This document shows, piece by piece, positions 10,939 to 22,116 of a stretch of DNA of 64,000 nucleotides. The stretch is from Diplonema japonicum (taxonomy: Eukaryota; Protista; Euglenozoa: Diplonemea). Every line of letters starts with the position of its first letter. The stretch's first letter is position 1. The notes beneath the pieces were generated by a model. It was not told where the DNA came from and made no database searches. It was given only the letters and a program-made list of their open reading frames with translations. The stretch lies in NCBI GenBank assembly GCA_964019335.1, contig OZ025727.1:1-64000 (forward strand), written 5' to 3'. Both the position numbers and the translations under genes were made by a program.

Positions 10939-12069
10939 TTAAAACTTTTTTTTCGCATAAGTGCAGAAAATGGGTCAAGTATGAGAATGAAGAGAGAGAA
11001 AAAAAAATGACGAAAGGGGTTTGGAAAAAAAAAAAAAAAAAAAATGGCAAATATGTGAGTTGCTCTGTCGTGCTTCACATCCAGATCATCATGCCCAATG
11101 GGCCATTAGAGCACGCTGCGGGGGAACAAAAGAAAATGATAAGCGCTTTCTCATACCGCAGAAGAGGGGGGGATCTCAAGGTAAGTAACGTAAGGATACC
11201 GAATACTGAAAGTAGATATAAAAAAAAAGAATCATGTATGAATTAACAAAAAGCAAAACGGATTATTCTGGGTTCCCATGGACCGCCCTCATTATGAAAT
11301 CATCTAAAAAAAAAGACACGAGAAGCTGCAGGTGTAACCTACAAGCATTCTCTGTATGGTGACGCCCTCCTGACTCATAATGACTGCGGTCCATAGTTAT
11401 CCGACAACAGAAGCCAACGAAGGAATAGGGTAAAACAGGATTTAAGTTTAGGGAATAAGTTTACGAGTGTACACCGTTAAGCCTTTATACAACTATATTG
11501 TTTTTTTTTTTTTTCCCCTTCTTTTGTTACAAACTGAAAGATAGGCAGTGTTTAAGTAAGTAAACTTAAAGTTACCCTGTTTGCTCCCCCCCCCCTTTTT
11601 TTTCCCGATAAAAATACTCCTCAGAGCAGCTGTGAAGCAGTGGAAAAAGAATCCTTAGCAAGGCATGTTCTCTACTTTGTCGGGTCATAGAAAATAGCAA
11701 TACAAAACAGAAAAGGGGAAGTTTTAAAACGAGTACACGTACGATGGAATGCCACGCAGGACCCTGGTGGGCGCATCTTGGATACTATCACCGAGGTGGG
11801 AGAGTGAGGGGTTGGTGCCAACCCGACCTGATTTTCTCCGTCTTTACTTTTTTTTTTCTTTTTTTTTCTTCTCTCTTATTCGTTTCTTTCTTCTCCATGG
11901 CAACAGGAGCACAAAAGAATATCACAGGGCCACGGCGGCACCAGACCAAAAAGAGAGGAAAAGGAACAAAAAATCGCGGACAAAACAAGCTACTGTGTTA
12001 TTCGAATGCAAACAGACTTCTATGTTTTTTTTTTTTTTTATTTCACTCTTCGTCATTTTCTTCACTCAC

Positions 12070-12606
12070 TAGGGGCCTCATTATTTAACGCGAAATGGCC
12101 ATTATTTAACGCGAAACGGCCATTATTTAACGCGAAATCGCCATTATTTAACTAGTTAAATAATGAGATTTTGCAGTTAAATAATGGCCCTTCAGAGTGA
12201 AAAAATGGGTCTTGTCGTGGAAAAAAATGCACCCAACCCCTTGAAAAATTTTTTTGGGGTGGGGGTATTTTGACTATTTTTGGCCATCTGAGGCCATTCC
12301 AGCCCTTAAAAGTGGGAATAAGTGCCTTACTTCCCCTTTAAATGCCACGGCGAAATAGCTACCCTGTATTACCTTAGGAAAATCCCCAAAAAGCTGACCT
12401 GCGTGAAAAAAAACAGCAGTGAAAGCAGTGAAGAGTGAGTGACTCAAATGACGAAGAGTGAAATAAAACGACTTACTTGCCGCCAAATGAGCCATTATTT
12501 AACACTCGTTACCCGTTTTTTTGCACTCGGGCCCTGCGGGCCCTCGTGCAAAAAATTCGGGAACTCGAGTTAAATAATGACTCATTATTTGTTGGCAATA
12601 AATAGT
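12070..12606. mobile_element. Putative non-autonomous element with 21-bp tandem repeats and a terminal hairpin of about 100 bp (Crypton-like)
   Basis: 3x CATTATTTAACGCGAAAnnGC at 12079-12141. Hairpin 12486-12586 centred on GCACTCGGGCCCTGCGGGCCCTCGTGC, followed by AATAAATAG. Confidence 0.5.
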
Positions 12607-13363
12607 TATTTTCTTTTCTTTTCTTTTCTTTTCTTTTCTTTTCTTTTCTTTTCTTTTTTCCTCTTTTCATTAGTTAAAAAAAAGAAGACTGTTCGAATAA
12701 CCGCTGCCCAAGGTTCTTTTGATTTGTTTTTTTTTTTTTACATTAGTCCTTGTTGTCTCCCGTTCATCTCCTACTTTTCTTACTATTTAGCTCAATAGCA
12801 GACTTGAGATGGCAGGGGGGAAAGAAAAGCGGGAGAACGGCAGAAAAAAAAAAGAACTCTTTTGATGTCTCATATTTCTAAATTAGAACGAAGGAAAAAA
12901 ATCAGATCGTTTTACTGGTTTTGGCACAGAAATAAAAAAAAAATTAAAAAAGTTCACTAGTTTGCTGCGAAGAGATGGACGGCATCTGGGCGAGCAACAT
13001 GGTTGAAGATGGGGGAGAAGGGTGAACAGGGAAAAATGTATTGGTCAATTATTTATATTATTGTCAGTTAAACCTCCACCTACAAATTTTAACCTGTCCC
13101 CGTCCCGTGTGACTAAAACAACATAGAATACTCTAAGGCGATTGCGAGTAAAAAGCCTTGCCCTCTTTTATGCAATTTCTTTTTTTTTCCCCCTTCAACG
13201 GGAAAATCTTTTAAAAATTACGGTTAAGACAACTATAAAAATAATCGACCACGTAGAAAAGAGAGAGAAACTTAATTCACTATTATGGGGGGGGGGGGGG
13301 GGGGGGGGGGGTGGAGAAAGAGGGGAGAAAGGTGTTAACCTATGATGCATTCCTTAAACAACA

Positions 13364-16300
13364 TCAAACAGCCACGTTGCTCGCAAATGACATATTAGTA
13401 TTCTGTGGTGTAAAACTGGCCCGCCGTCCGGCCTTTGGGGAGACCACTGGTGGGAGTCGACAGGACATCGAAACATCATCAGCCATCTCTGTCCAAGCAT
13501 CACCGCCTTCCTGAGAAACATCATACAACAGCTCATCCCAAGCAAGCGGGGAAACCATATTCGCATTCCTCTGTTGTGATACTGTGCTCTGCTTCCTGCA
13601 AGGAGGGGTGATCGACGCCACCCGTGGAACAGGCGGCAACCCCCTCCCTGCTGATTGTCTTCTATAAGGATTAAATACGGGCGGACACGTCCCTACAGAT
13701 GAAGGAGATAGCGGTGAGTTGCAACATTTTTCATTCCCGGACACCTCGGCAGGCGAAACCAAACTACTATGGCACGGGCTTGTTTTTGCCAGGGACAGCT
13801 CCATTTCATCATCATCTTCCTCGTTGAAACCAGTGAATAAAGCCATTTTTGTTTCTTCCTCCTTCCACTCTTCCTTTTGCAATCTCGCCTGTCGTTTCTC
13901 CTTCAAAACATACACCCACGTCAGAAAATCAAGCAAAACCTTGATGAGCAAGAACAGCATAGAGAATCCAAGAAGATACACAGCTAGGTCCATTAACATG
14001 TGCCTGGGGTTGGACATGAAGTATGCCATCGAAGCAAGCAGCAGGCCCACAGCTTGGAAGGTCAGCCTGAAGGTGTCCAAGAAGACGTCACGCTGTTTGC
14101 ACTGATGGATGAACTTGAGCTCCAAAGAGATAAACCCGAATGTCAGCATTGAGCAGCAGAGTCTGGTGAGGCCGCATTCCTTGTAATTTACCTGTTTAGT
14201 TGCCATGACGAGGCCTGCAATGAAGGCCTGCCCGAACTCGAAAATCCCAAACCAGCACCGTTCTTGCGTGAAGTTCTTCAAGAGGACTGTGAAGCGATCT
14301 GCAAACCGATCGGCTTTCTTTCTGCTGACCCATTCCCCATGACCGATGACAAAGCCCTTCCACTTCCCACAATCAGGCTCCTCACGGTAAACAGCCTTCT
14401 CCGGAACACCGTGGTAAATAACGTAAGCAATGCCCACCGGAGCCACCGCCGCAAAGACCATGACCCCACACCCAACAGCACGGTGCCAGGGCTCCATGGG
14501 ATGCAACATAATCCTTGAAGCGCACAGTGTAAGGGGTTGATACACAAATATCATCGTAAAGATAGCAAAGGAGGGGAACTTAAGGAGCCCTTGCACCCTT
14601 AAGTTTGTAACATCCCTTGCGAACAAGAACAGGATCACGACGTGCAAGCCAGTGAACGACGCAAGGATGATAAGGTTCCCGAAGACCGACCCCAGGCACT
14701 TCGAACCCCCAACGCTCTCGAGCACCCCGAAGACTGCATAGAATAGATGGAAGGACGGTCCCAGATTTGGTTCCTTGCCAGTCCCGCATTCCATATCGAG
14801 ATATAGTTTGACCTGTTGCGCAGCCCCCGCTGCAGGGCCTGATACAACCGACACGACTCCGGTCGCAACGTTGGCCGCCTCCCCTACAGAGGACTCTAGG
14901 ATGTTTTCCCGTTCGATGGTTATCTCGTTTGTGGTGTAATTTGCGATTTTCAGCACAAAAACCTCTGTGAAGTCTGCCGCGTACTCCTTGATGGGGCCGA
15001 TGATCACGGTAATCACGCTTGCGTTCCTCACCGTCCTCACAATGTTCGCAGCACCGAAGGTCAGGACTGCCCATTGCAAACCTCTTCTCGACAAGGATTG
15101 CACAACCTGCAGTTCAACAAGTTTTTCGAACGGCCAGCTGGACCCAGCGCCCGTCAACACAACATCTACGCTTAGCCCGTTTTTCGGTGATCCCTGGTAC
15201 GCACCCCATGTAAAAACGACGCCCTGTGGAACCCCTCCCGGTGTCGTTGGTCCTGGGTTAACGGGAGCGTCTGTCGACGGTGGTGTAGTTTTAGGGACCC
15301 CTGTGCTCGGAACGCTGGGAACTGTTGTGGTTGGGGCTTTCGTGTCGGGTGCAGTGGTAACAGGAACCATGGTGTTGTTGCTGTCAGGAGCGTCAGTTTC
15401 GGGGATATCCGTGGCGGGCACGCCTGTGCTCATGCTCGGGATATGGGTATCGGGTGGATTAGTAGTCGAAGGACTTGTCAACGGAACACTTGTATTTGGC
15501 GAACCCGTAGCCGGGGTCACTGTGGGTGTGGGGACCAACGTGTCAGGGGCTTGCGTCACAGGCGGATTGGTGTCCGGCGGTGGTGTGTCAGGAGGCTGAG
15601 TATCCGGAACCAACGTCAGGGGAGCAGGGGATGAAATATCCACCTCTACTTTAAGAAGCCCGCTGTTCCTTGCCGACACCAAGATGTCGCCAGCTTGGTT
15701 GACAACGCACCCCGTCAGGTCATAGCCCAAGGTCCCGTTTAAGATCCATTCCATGTCAGTTGAGTTGCTTGGGTTGTACCGCAGCAGCTTATCCCCCGCT
15801 GTAACCCCGTATAACATCGAAGGGAGGTTCTTTGGGGTGAAGCAAAGTGAGACGATTTGCTCGGAACCCAGAAAAGTGGACATTTCGTGGAGTTTTGCGC
15901 TGCAATCGTTCAGCCAGTCGACGGAGACGGTGCAGGACAAGAGGTTGATCTCCCACACGACAGGTTCCCCGCTAAGCTCACACGATAAGAAAACGTTAGA
16001 TGAGTGAGGGTCAGCCACGACGGGACCGAGCGCATCGAGTGGGCGGTTCTTACCATTGTGAGTTACTTTTGTAAGAACTCTAGAGTTTGAAGTCAGCCAG
16101 TTTTTAAAGTTAGGAAGGGTAAAGTCTGCGTCAATTACATGCAGGGCCACCGGGGCATGAGATGTGAACAAAAGCTGATGGGTGTCAGGCTGGAACGCAA
16201 CACTCCCGCAACTGTGCGACGATGTTGAACCAAACGGCCAGTAGACAGGAAATACCGTTTTCGAAAAATCTTTCATGGCGGCCGCCTTGGTGCCCCCTAG

Positions 16301-16579
16301 CCTCAGGTACCCTTCGCCTGCAGATAGCTCCTCGCAAACAGCTTGCATTGCATCGCTTACCGCGCATGTACCTGTTACCTTATTGGGGTCGAAGCTAATC
16401 CCTGAGACTTCTACCTTGCCACCCCCAGCGAGCTCCATCCCCATCAGATCACGCACAACCATGTCGCCGTTTGAAAGACCGTCAACACTCAACGCATCTA
16501 TCCCGGAAAACGAATCCTGGGTCAGTTTGTACGGCACTCCCAGAGCGGTCAAGGTAAAACATAGACACAACGAAAACAT
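13364..16579 (-). CDS. Large surface protein: signal peptide, propeller-like domain, Thr/Pro (TxAP) stalk, about 7-TM C-terminal region
   Basis: Long ORF. The likely start is MFSLCLCF after the poly-A leader; PDT(x)P repeats and multiple hydrophobic helices follow. Confidence 0.85.
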   Translation of the reverse strand: MFSLCLCFTLTALGVPYKLTQDSFSGIDALSVDGLSNGDMVVRDLMGMELAGGGKVEVSGISFDPNKVTGTCAVSDAMQAVCEELSAGEGYLRLGGTKAAAMKDFSKTVFPVYWPFGSTSSHSCGSVAFQPDTHQLLFTSHAPVALHVIDADFTLPNFKNWLTSNSRVLTKVTHNGKNRPLDALGPVVADPHSSNVFLSCELSGEPVVWEINLLSCTVSVDWLNDCSAKLHEMSTFLGSEQIVSLCFTPKNLPSMLYGVTAGDKLLRYNPSNSTDMEWILNGTLGYDLTGCVVNQAGDILVSARNSGLLKVEVDISSPAPLTLVPDTQPPDTPPPDTNPPVTQAPDTLVPTPTVTPATGSPNTSVPLTSPSTTNPPDTHIPSMSTGVPATDIPETDAPDSNNTMVPVTTAPDTKAPTTTVPSVPSTGVPKTTPPSTDAPVNPGPTTPGGVPQGVVFTWGAYQGSPKNGLSVDVVLTGAGSSWPFEKLVELQVVQSLSRRGLQWAVLTFGAANIVRTVRNASVITVIIGPIKEYAADFTEVFVLKIANYTTNEITIERENILESSVGEAANVATGVVSVVSGPAAGAAQQVKLYLDMECGTGKEPNLGPSFHLFYAVFGVLESVGGSKCLGSVFGNLIILASFTGLHVVILFLFARDVTNLRVQGLLKFPSFAIFTMIFVYQPLTLCASRIMLHPMEPWHRAVGCGVMVFAAVAPVGIAYVIYHGVPEKAVYREEPDCGKWKGFVIGHGEWVSRKKADRFADRFTVLLKNFTQERCWFGIFEFGQAFIAGLVMATKQVNYKECGLTRLCCSMLTFGFISLELKFIHQCKQRDVFLDTFRLTFQAVGLLLASMAYFMSNPRHMLMDLAVYLLGFSMLFLLIKVLLDFLTWVYVLKEKRQARLQKEEWKEEETKMALFTGFNEEDDDEMELSLAKTSPCHSSLVSPAEVSGNEKCCNSPLSPSSVGTCPPVFNPYRRQSAGRGLPPVPRVASITPPCRKQSTVSQQRNANMVSPLAWDELLYDVSQEGGDAWTEMADDVSMSCRLPPVVSPKAGRRASFTPQNTNMSFASNVAV

Positions 16580-16611
16580 TTTTGCATTTTTTTTCTCGGA
16601 GCTTTTTTGTT

Positions 16612-16646
<35 letters not shown>

Positions 16647-16949
16647 GTTTTTTTTGGTTTTTTTTTTTTAATACAAGAAGAGGGAGGGGGGAATGGTATC
16701 ACCAGCTTCAACACAAAATCCCCCACGACCATATGGGATTCATAAGGAAAAAGGAAGAAGAGGGAAAGCGGATAATAAAAAATATAAAAAAAAAGAGAAA
16801 CTAGGCGCTTGGTTGCGTTTTTTTTTCTTTTTCTTTTTCTTTTTGTTGTTGTTCACCATCTTTTTTTTTCGCCATTGTAGTCTCGACAACAGAAACAAAA
16901 GAGGGAGATAAAGAGAGGAAATGTAGAAAAAAAGAGGGGGGGGACGTGT

Positions 16950-17172
16950 CTAGGGAACCTGCAGTATGAGACAGGATCGCCTAACGACAACCATCTCATC
17001 AGCTTGGGCGTGAAACCGGGGTGCAGGGCAGTGCCATAGGTGTTGCAGGAGGATGTTAGTCCAGTTCCTGTCGGCACTCCCTTTCTTCGCTGATGGTAGT
17101 CTTCTTATCCACCAGCGATTCTGTATTCTTCTCGTTCAAACCGTTCTACATTAAGTACAGATGCTGTAGCTT
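16950..17172 (-). mobile_element. Putative SL-headed SINE-like retroposon (about 220 bp)
   Basis: 5' end AAGCTACAGcaTCTGTACTTaATG (about 20/25 match to the SL 3' part). 3' end AGGCGATCCTGTCTCATACTGCAGGTTCCCT, the stem-loop shared with other retro-fragments. Confidence 0.55.
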
Positions 17173-17817
17173 GGGGGGGGGGGGGGGGGGGGTATTTGTG
17201 CTTGGCTTAGGGCGCACATGGGAAAGGAAAAGGAAAAAGGGTTAGCGTTTCCATCCATACCAATTCCGTTTTCCTTTTTTTTTTTGGAGGGGGAAGAAAA
17301 AACCTAAAAGCAACTGTGGCTGGAAAAGAAATGTTTCTGCTACAAACTGTACTCTTTTTGTGTTTTTTGCGAACCGAAGATAGAGGAACAAGGTCCATTG
17401 ATAAGAGGGACAATGTAACCTCAATTTAGGGTTCAGTTGTTAAGGGTGGAAATAAAAAATACTTTTAATAAATATGTGTCCGTCCCGTGAAAAGAAAGAA
17501 TAGGGAGGAAAGGTTATGAGATACTCTCGCGCTCGGAGACACGAGGTTTTTTTCTTCTTTAATTCTTCTTTTTTTTTTCCCATACAAAAATGGAATTTCT
17601 TATAATTGAAGGGGGAAAGAATCAAAAGGGGAAGGGAACAGAAGGGAAGGGAAAGGAAGGGAAAGGAAGGGAAGGGAAGGGAAGGGAAGGGAAGGGAAGG
17701 AGTTCCGCCTCGAGTACCCGACAAGTCGTTTCGCACCAAAAAATCACGAAAAAAACACCTTATTCCCTGATGCCCTTGGTTGCTTGTATTTGTTGAGGTG
17801 TTGATTCTTCTCCCTTT

Positions 17818-18900
17818 TTAGTTGCAGCTGTCCAGACAGTTGAGGCACGGGATCCTATCAGGCTTGGGGACGTGCCTCCGTGGGCACCAGTTCGAGATGC
17901 ATTGCCCGTCCTTCACGGAGCAGTACTTTGCAGTGTCACAGTTTACGGCAGAAAGGTCCTCACAGACAACACCCTCCATCACATGGAATGTCATGTACTC
18001 GGTCTCCTTTGTGGAAGGACCTATCGTGACGGACTCACCTGCTGTCAGCTGCCTCCTATAGGTCACTGTTTGGTGGTGGTATGGGTTTACAATGCGCGGT
18101 CCGCACGACCCAGTCTCCCACCCCTCCACTGTCAAGATCGCAGGCCATCCTCCGTTCCTGTTGCTGCTGCAGGGCGGGCAGTGGTAGTGTGTCACGAACC
18201 AATCACACGGGGCCCCTGCAGCAGGGCACTCCAGCGTGAATGTCGTCCCCTCAGGCACCTTGCGAGGGCCCTTACACGTGTGCCCACTAAGCCACTCCGC
18301 AGGAATGTGTTTCTGGTTGTACGTGCAGTCCGACCACCCTTCCATCATCTCCACTGTTGGCACTGTCGTGTATGTAAGCGGGGGGTTCACCCCAAGGCAC
18401 GGTGGGCCCTCGACGGGAGGGAGGCTCGGGGCGTCTGTCTCTGGGGCGTCGGTGTTGCAGTCAACAACCTTGATGTCTGCATGGGCTATGAAGTTGCTTT
18501 TCTGGTCGTACATGCGCAGCTGGTACACCCCGACAGGGAACTTCGCAGGGTCAACGTAGAACACGACCTTCTCAGCGAAGAGGTTGGAGACGTCGGAGCA
18601 GCCCACAGCAGTGCCGTGGCAGTCTGGCTGGCCCGAGCATGACAACGGCTGGCCAACCCGCAGGTACTCCCACAAGTAAGAGAAGTATGCGGGTGCCGTC
18701 TTCTCTACGAAGGCAAGCACTGTGCACACACGCGGGGCATCCGAGTACATTGCGTACAACTGCCCGCCCCTGCACACCTCATCGTTGGCGTCCACTTCGC
18801 TGCTTCCGCTGTCATCGTCAGGCCATCCCCTCCAACAACGAGGCGTACCTTCACTCAGAGCAGCCATGGCGAGCAGAACAGTCAGTAAAGCCGTGTTCAT
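17818..18900 (-). CDS. Secreted Cys-rich protein with TDAP linker, function unknown
   Basis: 360-aa ORF with a signal peptide and many Cys. Confidence 0.85.
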   Translation of the reverse strand: MNTALLTVLLAMAALSEGTPRCWRGWPDDDSGSSEVDANDEVCRGGQLYAMYSDAPRVCTVLAFVEKTAPAYFSYLWEYLRVGQPLSCSGQPDCHGTAVGCSDVSNLFAEKVVFYVDPAKFPVGVYQLRMYDQKSNFIAHADIKVVDCNTDAPETDAPSLPPVEGPPCLGVNPPLTYTTVPTVEMMEGWSDCTYNQKHIPAEWLSGHTCKGPRKVPEGTTFTLECPAAGAPCDWFVTHYHCPPCSSNRNGGWPAILTVEGWETGSCGPRIVNPYHHQTVTYRRQLTAGESVTIGPSTKETEYMTFHVMEGVVCEDLSAVNCDTAKYCSVKDGQCISNWCPRRHVPKPDRIPCLNCLDSCN

Positions 18901-18984
18901 GGTGGAAGGTTTATAGTTGTTTCTTATCTGTGGGGAATAGAAGTAAGCTTTCTGAAACAGTGGAAGAAAAAAAGAGAGAAGAAA

Positions 18985-19848
18985 TCAGTCGTAAGATTCT
19001 ATCCTGCTGCCGTCTGGGTTCACGAACACTGTTTCTCTCTTAGGTTTCCCAGTCGTTTTCACTTCGAATTTCAAGATTTTGGGAAGCATGCCAACAGTGA
19101 CCCACACGACGTACCCCTCTGCGTCCATGTCCTCGCCGCGAATGGAGAAGGTGAGCCGAAGGCACTTTGCGGACTGCGATGCAGAAATCGGGCCCACAGA
19201 GTGTGACTGGTGTGTGACGTCTATCTCGTCAATGTCTGCCAAGCCGATGCGTGATGCAACCACAGCACCCTGGGCAGTGAGGTCGGCGTCGGGGGTAGAG
19301 CGGAGGGACACGTGAAGAACCTTACGCATAGAAGAGATCCTGCTGTTGAACAAGTGGTGGATAAAATCGTCAGTCATTTGCTCAAAGGCAGAAGTGTTCA
19401 AGTACTTGTAAATGCACAGAGGGCCGCTTTCAGGGAATATCTTTATACTTGCCAGCTTTCCTTGTTCATCCCAAGCAATCTCTGTCTCTGCCATCTCGCC
19501 TTTACTAAACGTCACCTTTCCGTTACACCTGACGAACCCCTTCGGTGCAGGCTGCTCTGATATTGTGTCCGTGTGGACTGTTTTCGGAAGGCCTAATACG
19601 TCCTTTACTGCCCTTTCCCAGCCTGTCACCAAGGGCTTCTCTGCCTCTTTCGTTGCGGCGTTCGACAGTGTCCTCCACAAGGCACCGTCCTTCTCCCCGA
19701 AGAGGGTGAGGGTCTTGCCCATCCGGTCTCCTAGCTCTCCGGACGTTTTCACTGCATGGTATGCTACGTAAAACCCGTAAAGCACCCCGATGAGGACCAA
19801 AAGGGTACTAAGGGTCATGAAGTTTGTACTCAATACATAAGACAGCAT
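18985..19848 (-). CDS. N-terminally membrane-anchored hypothetical protein
   Basis: 287-aa ORF with an A-rich leader before ATG and one N-terminal TM. Confidence 0.8.
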   Translation of the reverse strand: MLSYVLSTNFMTLSTLLVLIGVLYGFYVAYHAVKTSGELGDRMGKTLTLFGEKDGALWRTLSNAATKEAEKPLVTGWERAVKDVLGLPKTVHTDTISEQPAPKGFVRCNGKVTFSKGEMAETEIAWDEQGKLASIKIFPESGPLCIYKYLNTSAFEQMTDDFIHHLFNSRISSMRKVLHVSLRSTPDADLTAQGAVVASRIGLADIDEIDVTHQSHSVGPISASQSAKCLRLTFSIRGEDMDAEGYVVWVTVGMLPKILKFEVKTTGKPKRETVFVNPDGSRIESYD

Positions 19849-20532
19849 TTTTTTTAAAGATTTGAATGCCCTGGGGAGGGGGTGGATAAGTGTTGACTAA
19901 CTATGCAATGACGAAAAAGAAAAGGGGGCATTGATAATGCACGAAGCAGTTCCACGCAAAATAATAAAATAAAGATTTGTTTTTTTTTTTTTTTTTTTTT
20001 TTTTTTTTCTTTTTTTTCTTTTTTTTTTTGTTTCCCGAGCCAAGGGAATTGAGTGCCCACCACAATTGTTACCCTCTGCAAAAGGGCCGAACGTAACCTA
20101 AACATACCAGAACTGTTTTTTTTATATATTTTTATTTTGTTTTTTTTTATTTCCCTTCCGTCACGAAGCGTCAGATGTTTACACGACACCTGGACATTTC
20201 TCGCTCGCAAGTCAACTAATGAATAAACTAGAAAAAGATGGCTTTTTTTATTTATTTATTTTCTTTTTGAACATCCTTTCTTAGAACATTCTTTAAATTA
20301 CCGCCACTTCTCTTTTTATTTTTCATTCTTTTTTTTTTCTTTCTATTTGGGTGGAGTGCTATCTTGACCCCAGTTTTTCGAAAACGCTCAAAGTCAGCCC
20401 CCTTAGTTGTCGGAAGTACTCAAAGTCGCCCCCCCAGGTTTTTAAATGCCGATAACGCTCTAAGTCAGTCCCCTGATTTCAAAAATGCTCAAACAAACAA
20501 CCCGATTGGGTCTCCTTGTTTCACTCTTTTAA

Positions 20533-21826
20533 CCATCTACCAACGGACCATTTTTGCCCACCAGGGGGTAAATTTTCAAAACTTCAAAAAAAAAGCTATT
20601 CTAGCGCAACGCCGGGGCTATATGCCCCCGGAAATGCCTCCAGATGTCCCAATTCTAGAGAGAGAGTGCCCACATCAGGGTCCACCCCCACAACATTGTC
20701 AAAAATATCGTTCCTGAAGTGCCCGAGAGGGGGTACAAAAAACAAGTCAAAAAAAATCGACTGTAAAATTCAATAAAAAGCTATTTAAGGCCTTCTTGAC
20801 GCGGTTCGTATGTGCCCCAGGGCTGGGGGACTTCTTTTTTGACCCCGGGAGGGGTTTCTGGGGGGTATACCCGGCAAGGTGGTAGTCTTTGAAGCACGGA
20901 GTCACACAAAGTTGTACCAAGCAGGCTGAACACTGAAATAGGGGTCTTTTCGACTTGCAATGCTTGCACCGCACGTTGCACTACTTTTTCGGGGAAATGG
21001 TCCCAGAAGGTACTGTCACGGCGCATTGGGGTCTCAGAGCACTCGTTCTGTGTTTCGGGGCATGGTATTGGGGCAGCCTGCTCTGTAGTTGACTTTATCT
21101 GTTGTTTAGACTGCCTCCCTAGTAGCCCTTCGATGACTGCCTCTTTGAAAGGCGTAAATCCACTGTCGTCGTCGGAAGGGGCCACTTTTAAGTCATAAGG
21201 GTGCGTTTATGCATCACCCAGCGTCGGTTCCGCCCATTGTGGTGTTGTAAATATGCACTTGGTGGGGGGCGGGATGTCCTTTCCGGCTTTCATTCTCTTT
21301 TGGCCGACACGTCAAATTCGACTTCACTGGAACATCCAACGTCGATAGAAAGCACACAGGCATGGTGTCATGCCACGTTGTGTTGCAAAGGATGCTCGCG
21401 TGCTGGTGGAACTGGGTGTCCCCACGGAATGCGCGTCCTTGGGCATGCGGCCTCGCTTCTTTGGGGCATCCATGATCTCCGGGAGGCCTTTGCGATAGAT
21501 AGAAGTCAGTACGCTTGTTTGTTTCGCTGTGGAAACACACATTTCCCAGAATAGTCAAAAAGCGGTCTCTTGACATGACGGTGGCGTACCCAGGGGTGTG
21601 GTTGAGAGGCGTGGAGCCTGTGCACCAGTAATCAGAGAAGCAGCATCGAGATCCAGGGAGACACCTTTTTTAGCCGCATTTGCCACATTGTTCGAAGTTA
21701 TGACCCGAATAACGTATGGCGTTGAGCCTTTGATGTCAAAACAGGGTCCACAAGGATTCCGATCTTCACGAAACCGGATGCCTTCCAACTGCTCCGGCTT
21801 TGCCGTAGACGCTCGTTGGTAGATGG
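20533..21826 (-). mobile_element. Internally deleted piggyBac (PGBD-like) transposon
   Basis: TTAA|CCATCTACCAACG...CGTTGGTAGATGG|TTAA. Transposase remnants MSRDRF..IL..VCF and YNTTMGGTD, plus C-terminal CxxC...CxxC...LC..PCF..YH. Confidence 0.92.
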
Positions 21827-21891
21827 TTAAAAATATTTTTCCAAGTCAAAAGGACTGGTTGGAGGTGTCAAATTTTGAAGCTTTCTCTTTT

Positions 21892-21931
<40 letters not shown>

Positions 21932-22116
21932 AGAGCTCGGACAGGGTACCGGTCCATCTATCTCGCAACAAAGTAGGAATAGAAGGAGAAAAAGAAAAGC
22001 TTGCTGACCCCAAGGTTGGTGGGGAAAGGAAATTTAGAAAATCTCTGACCCACTAATAAAAAAGATGTTTTTTCTTGGGGGGGGAGGTTTTTTTCTCTTA
22101 AATCTTTTTATCTTAA

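Noticed and set aside
12079-12150. CRISPR-like repeats
   Set aside because: Contiguous 21-bp tandem units without spacers, in a eukaryotic context with no cas genes.
14967-15599. Long plus-strand ORFs opposite real genes (also 17872, 26742, 31409)
   Set aside because: Antisense shadows of GC-rich coding sequence, with no motifs.
16580-16732. N-terminal poly-Lys extensions of ORFs 13364, 31223 and 39955
   Set aside because: They correspond to the poly(A) leader upstream of the likely ATG.
17339-17360. Plus-strand SL-like GCTACAAACTGTACTCTTTTTG
   Set aside because: Needs gaps and has low complexity; could be chance.
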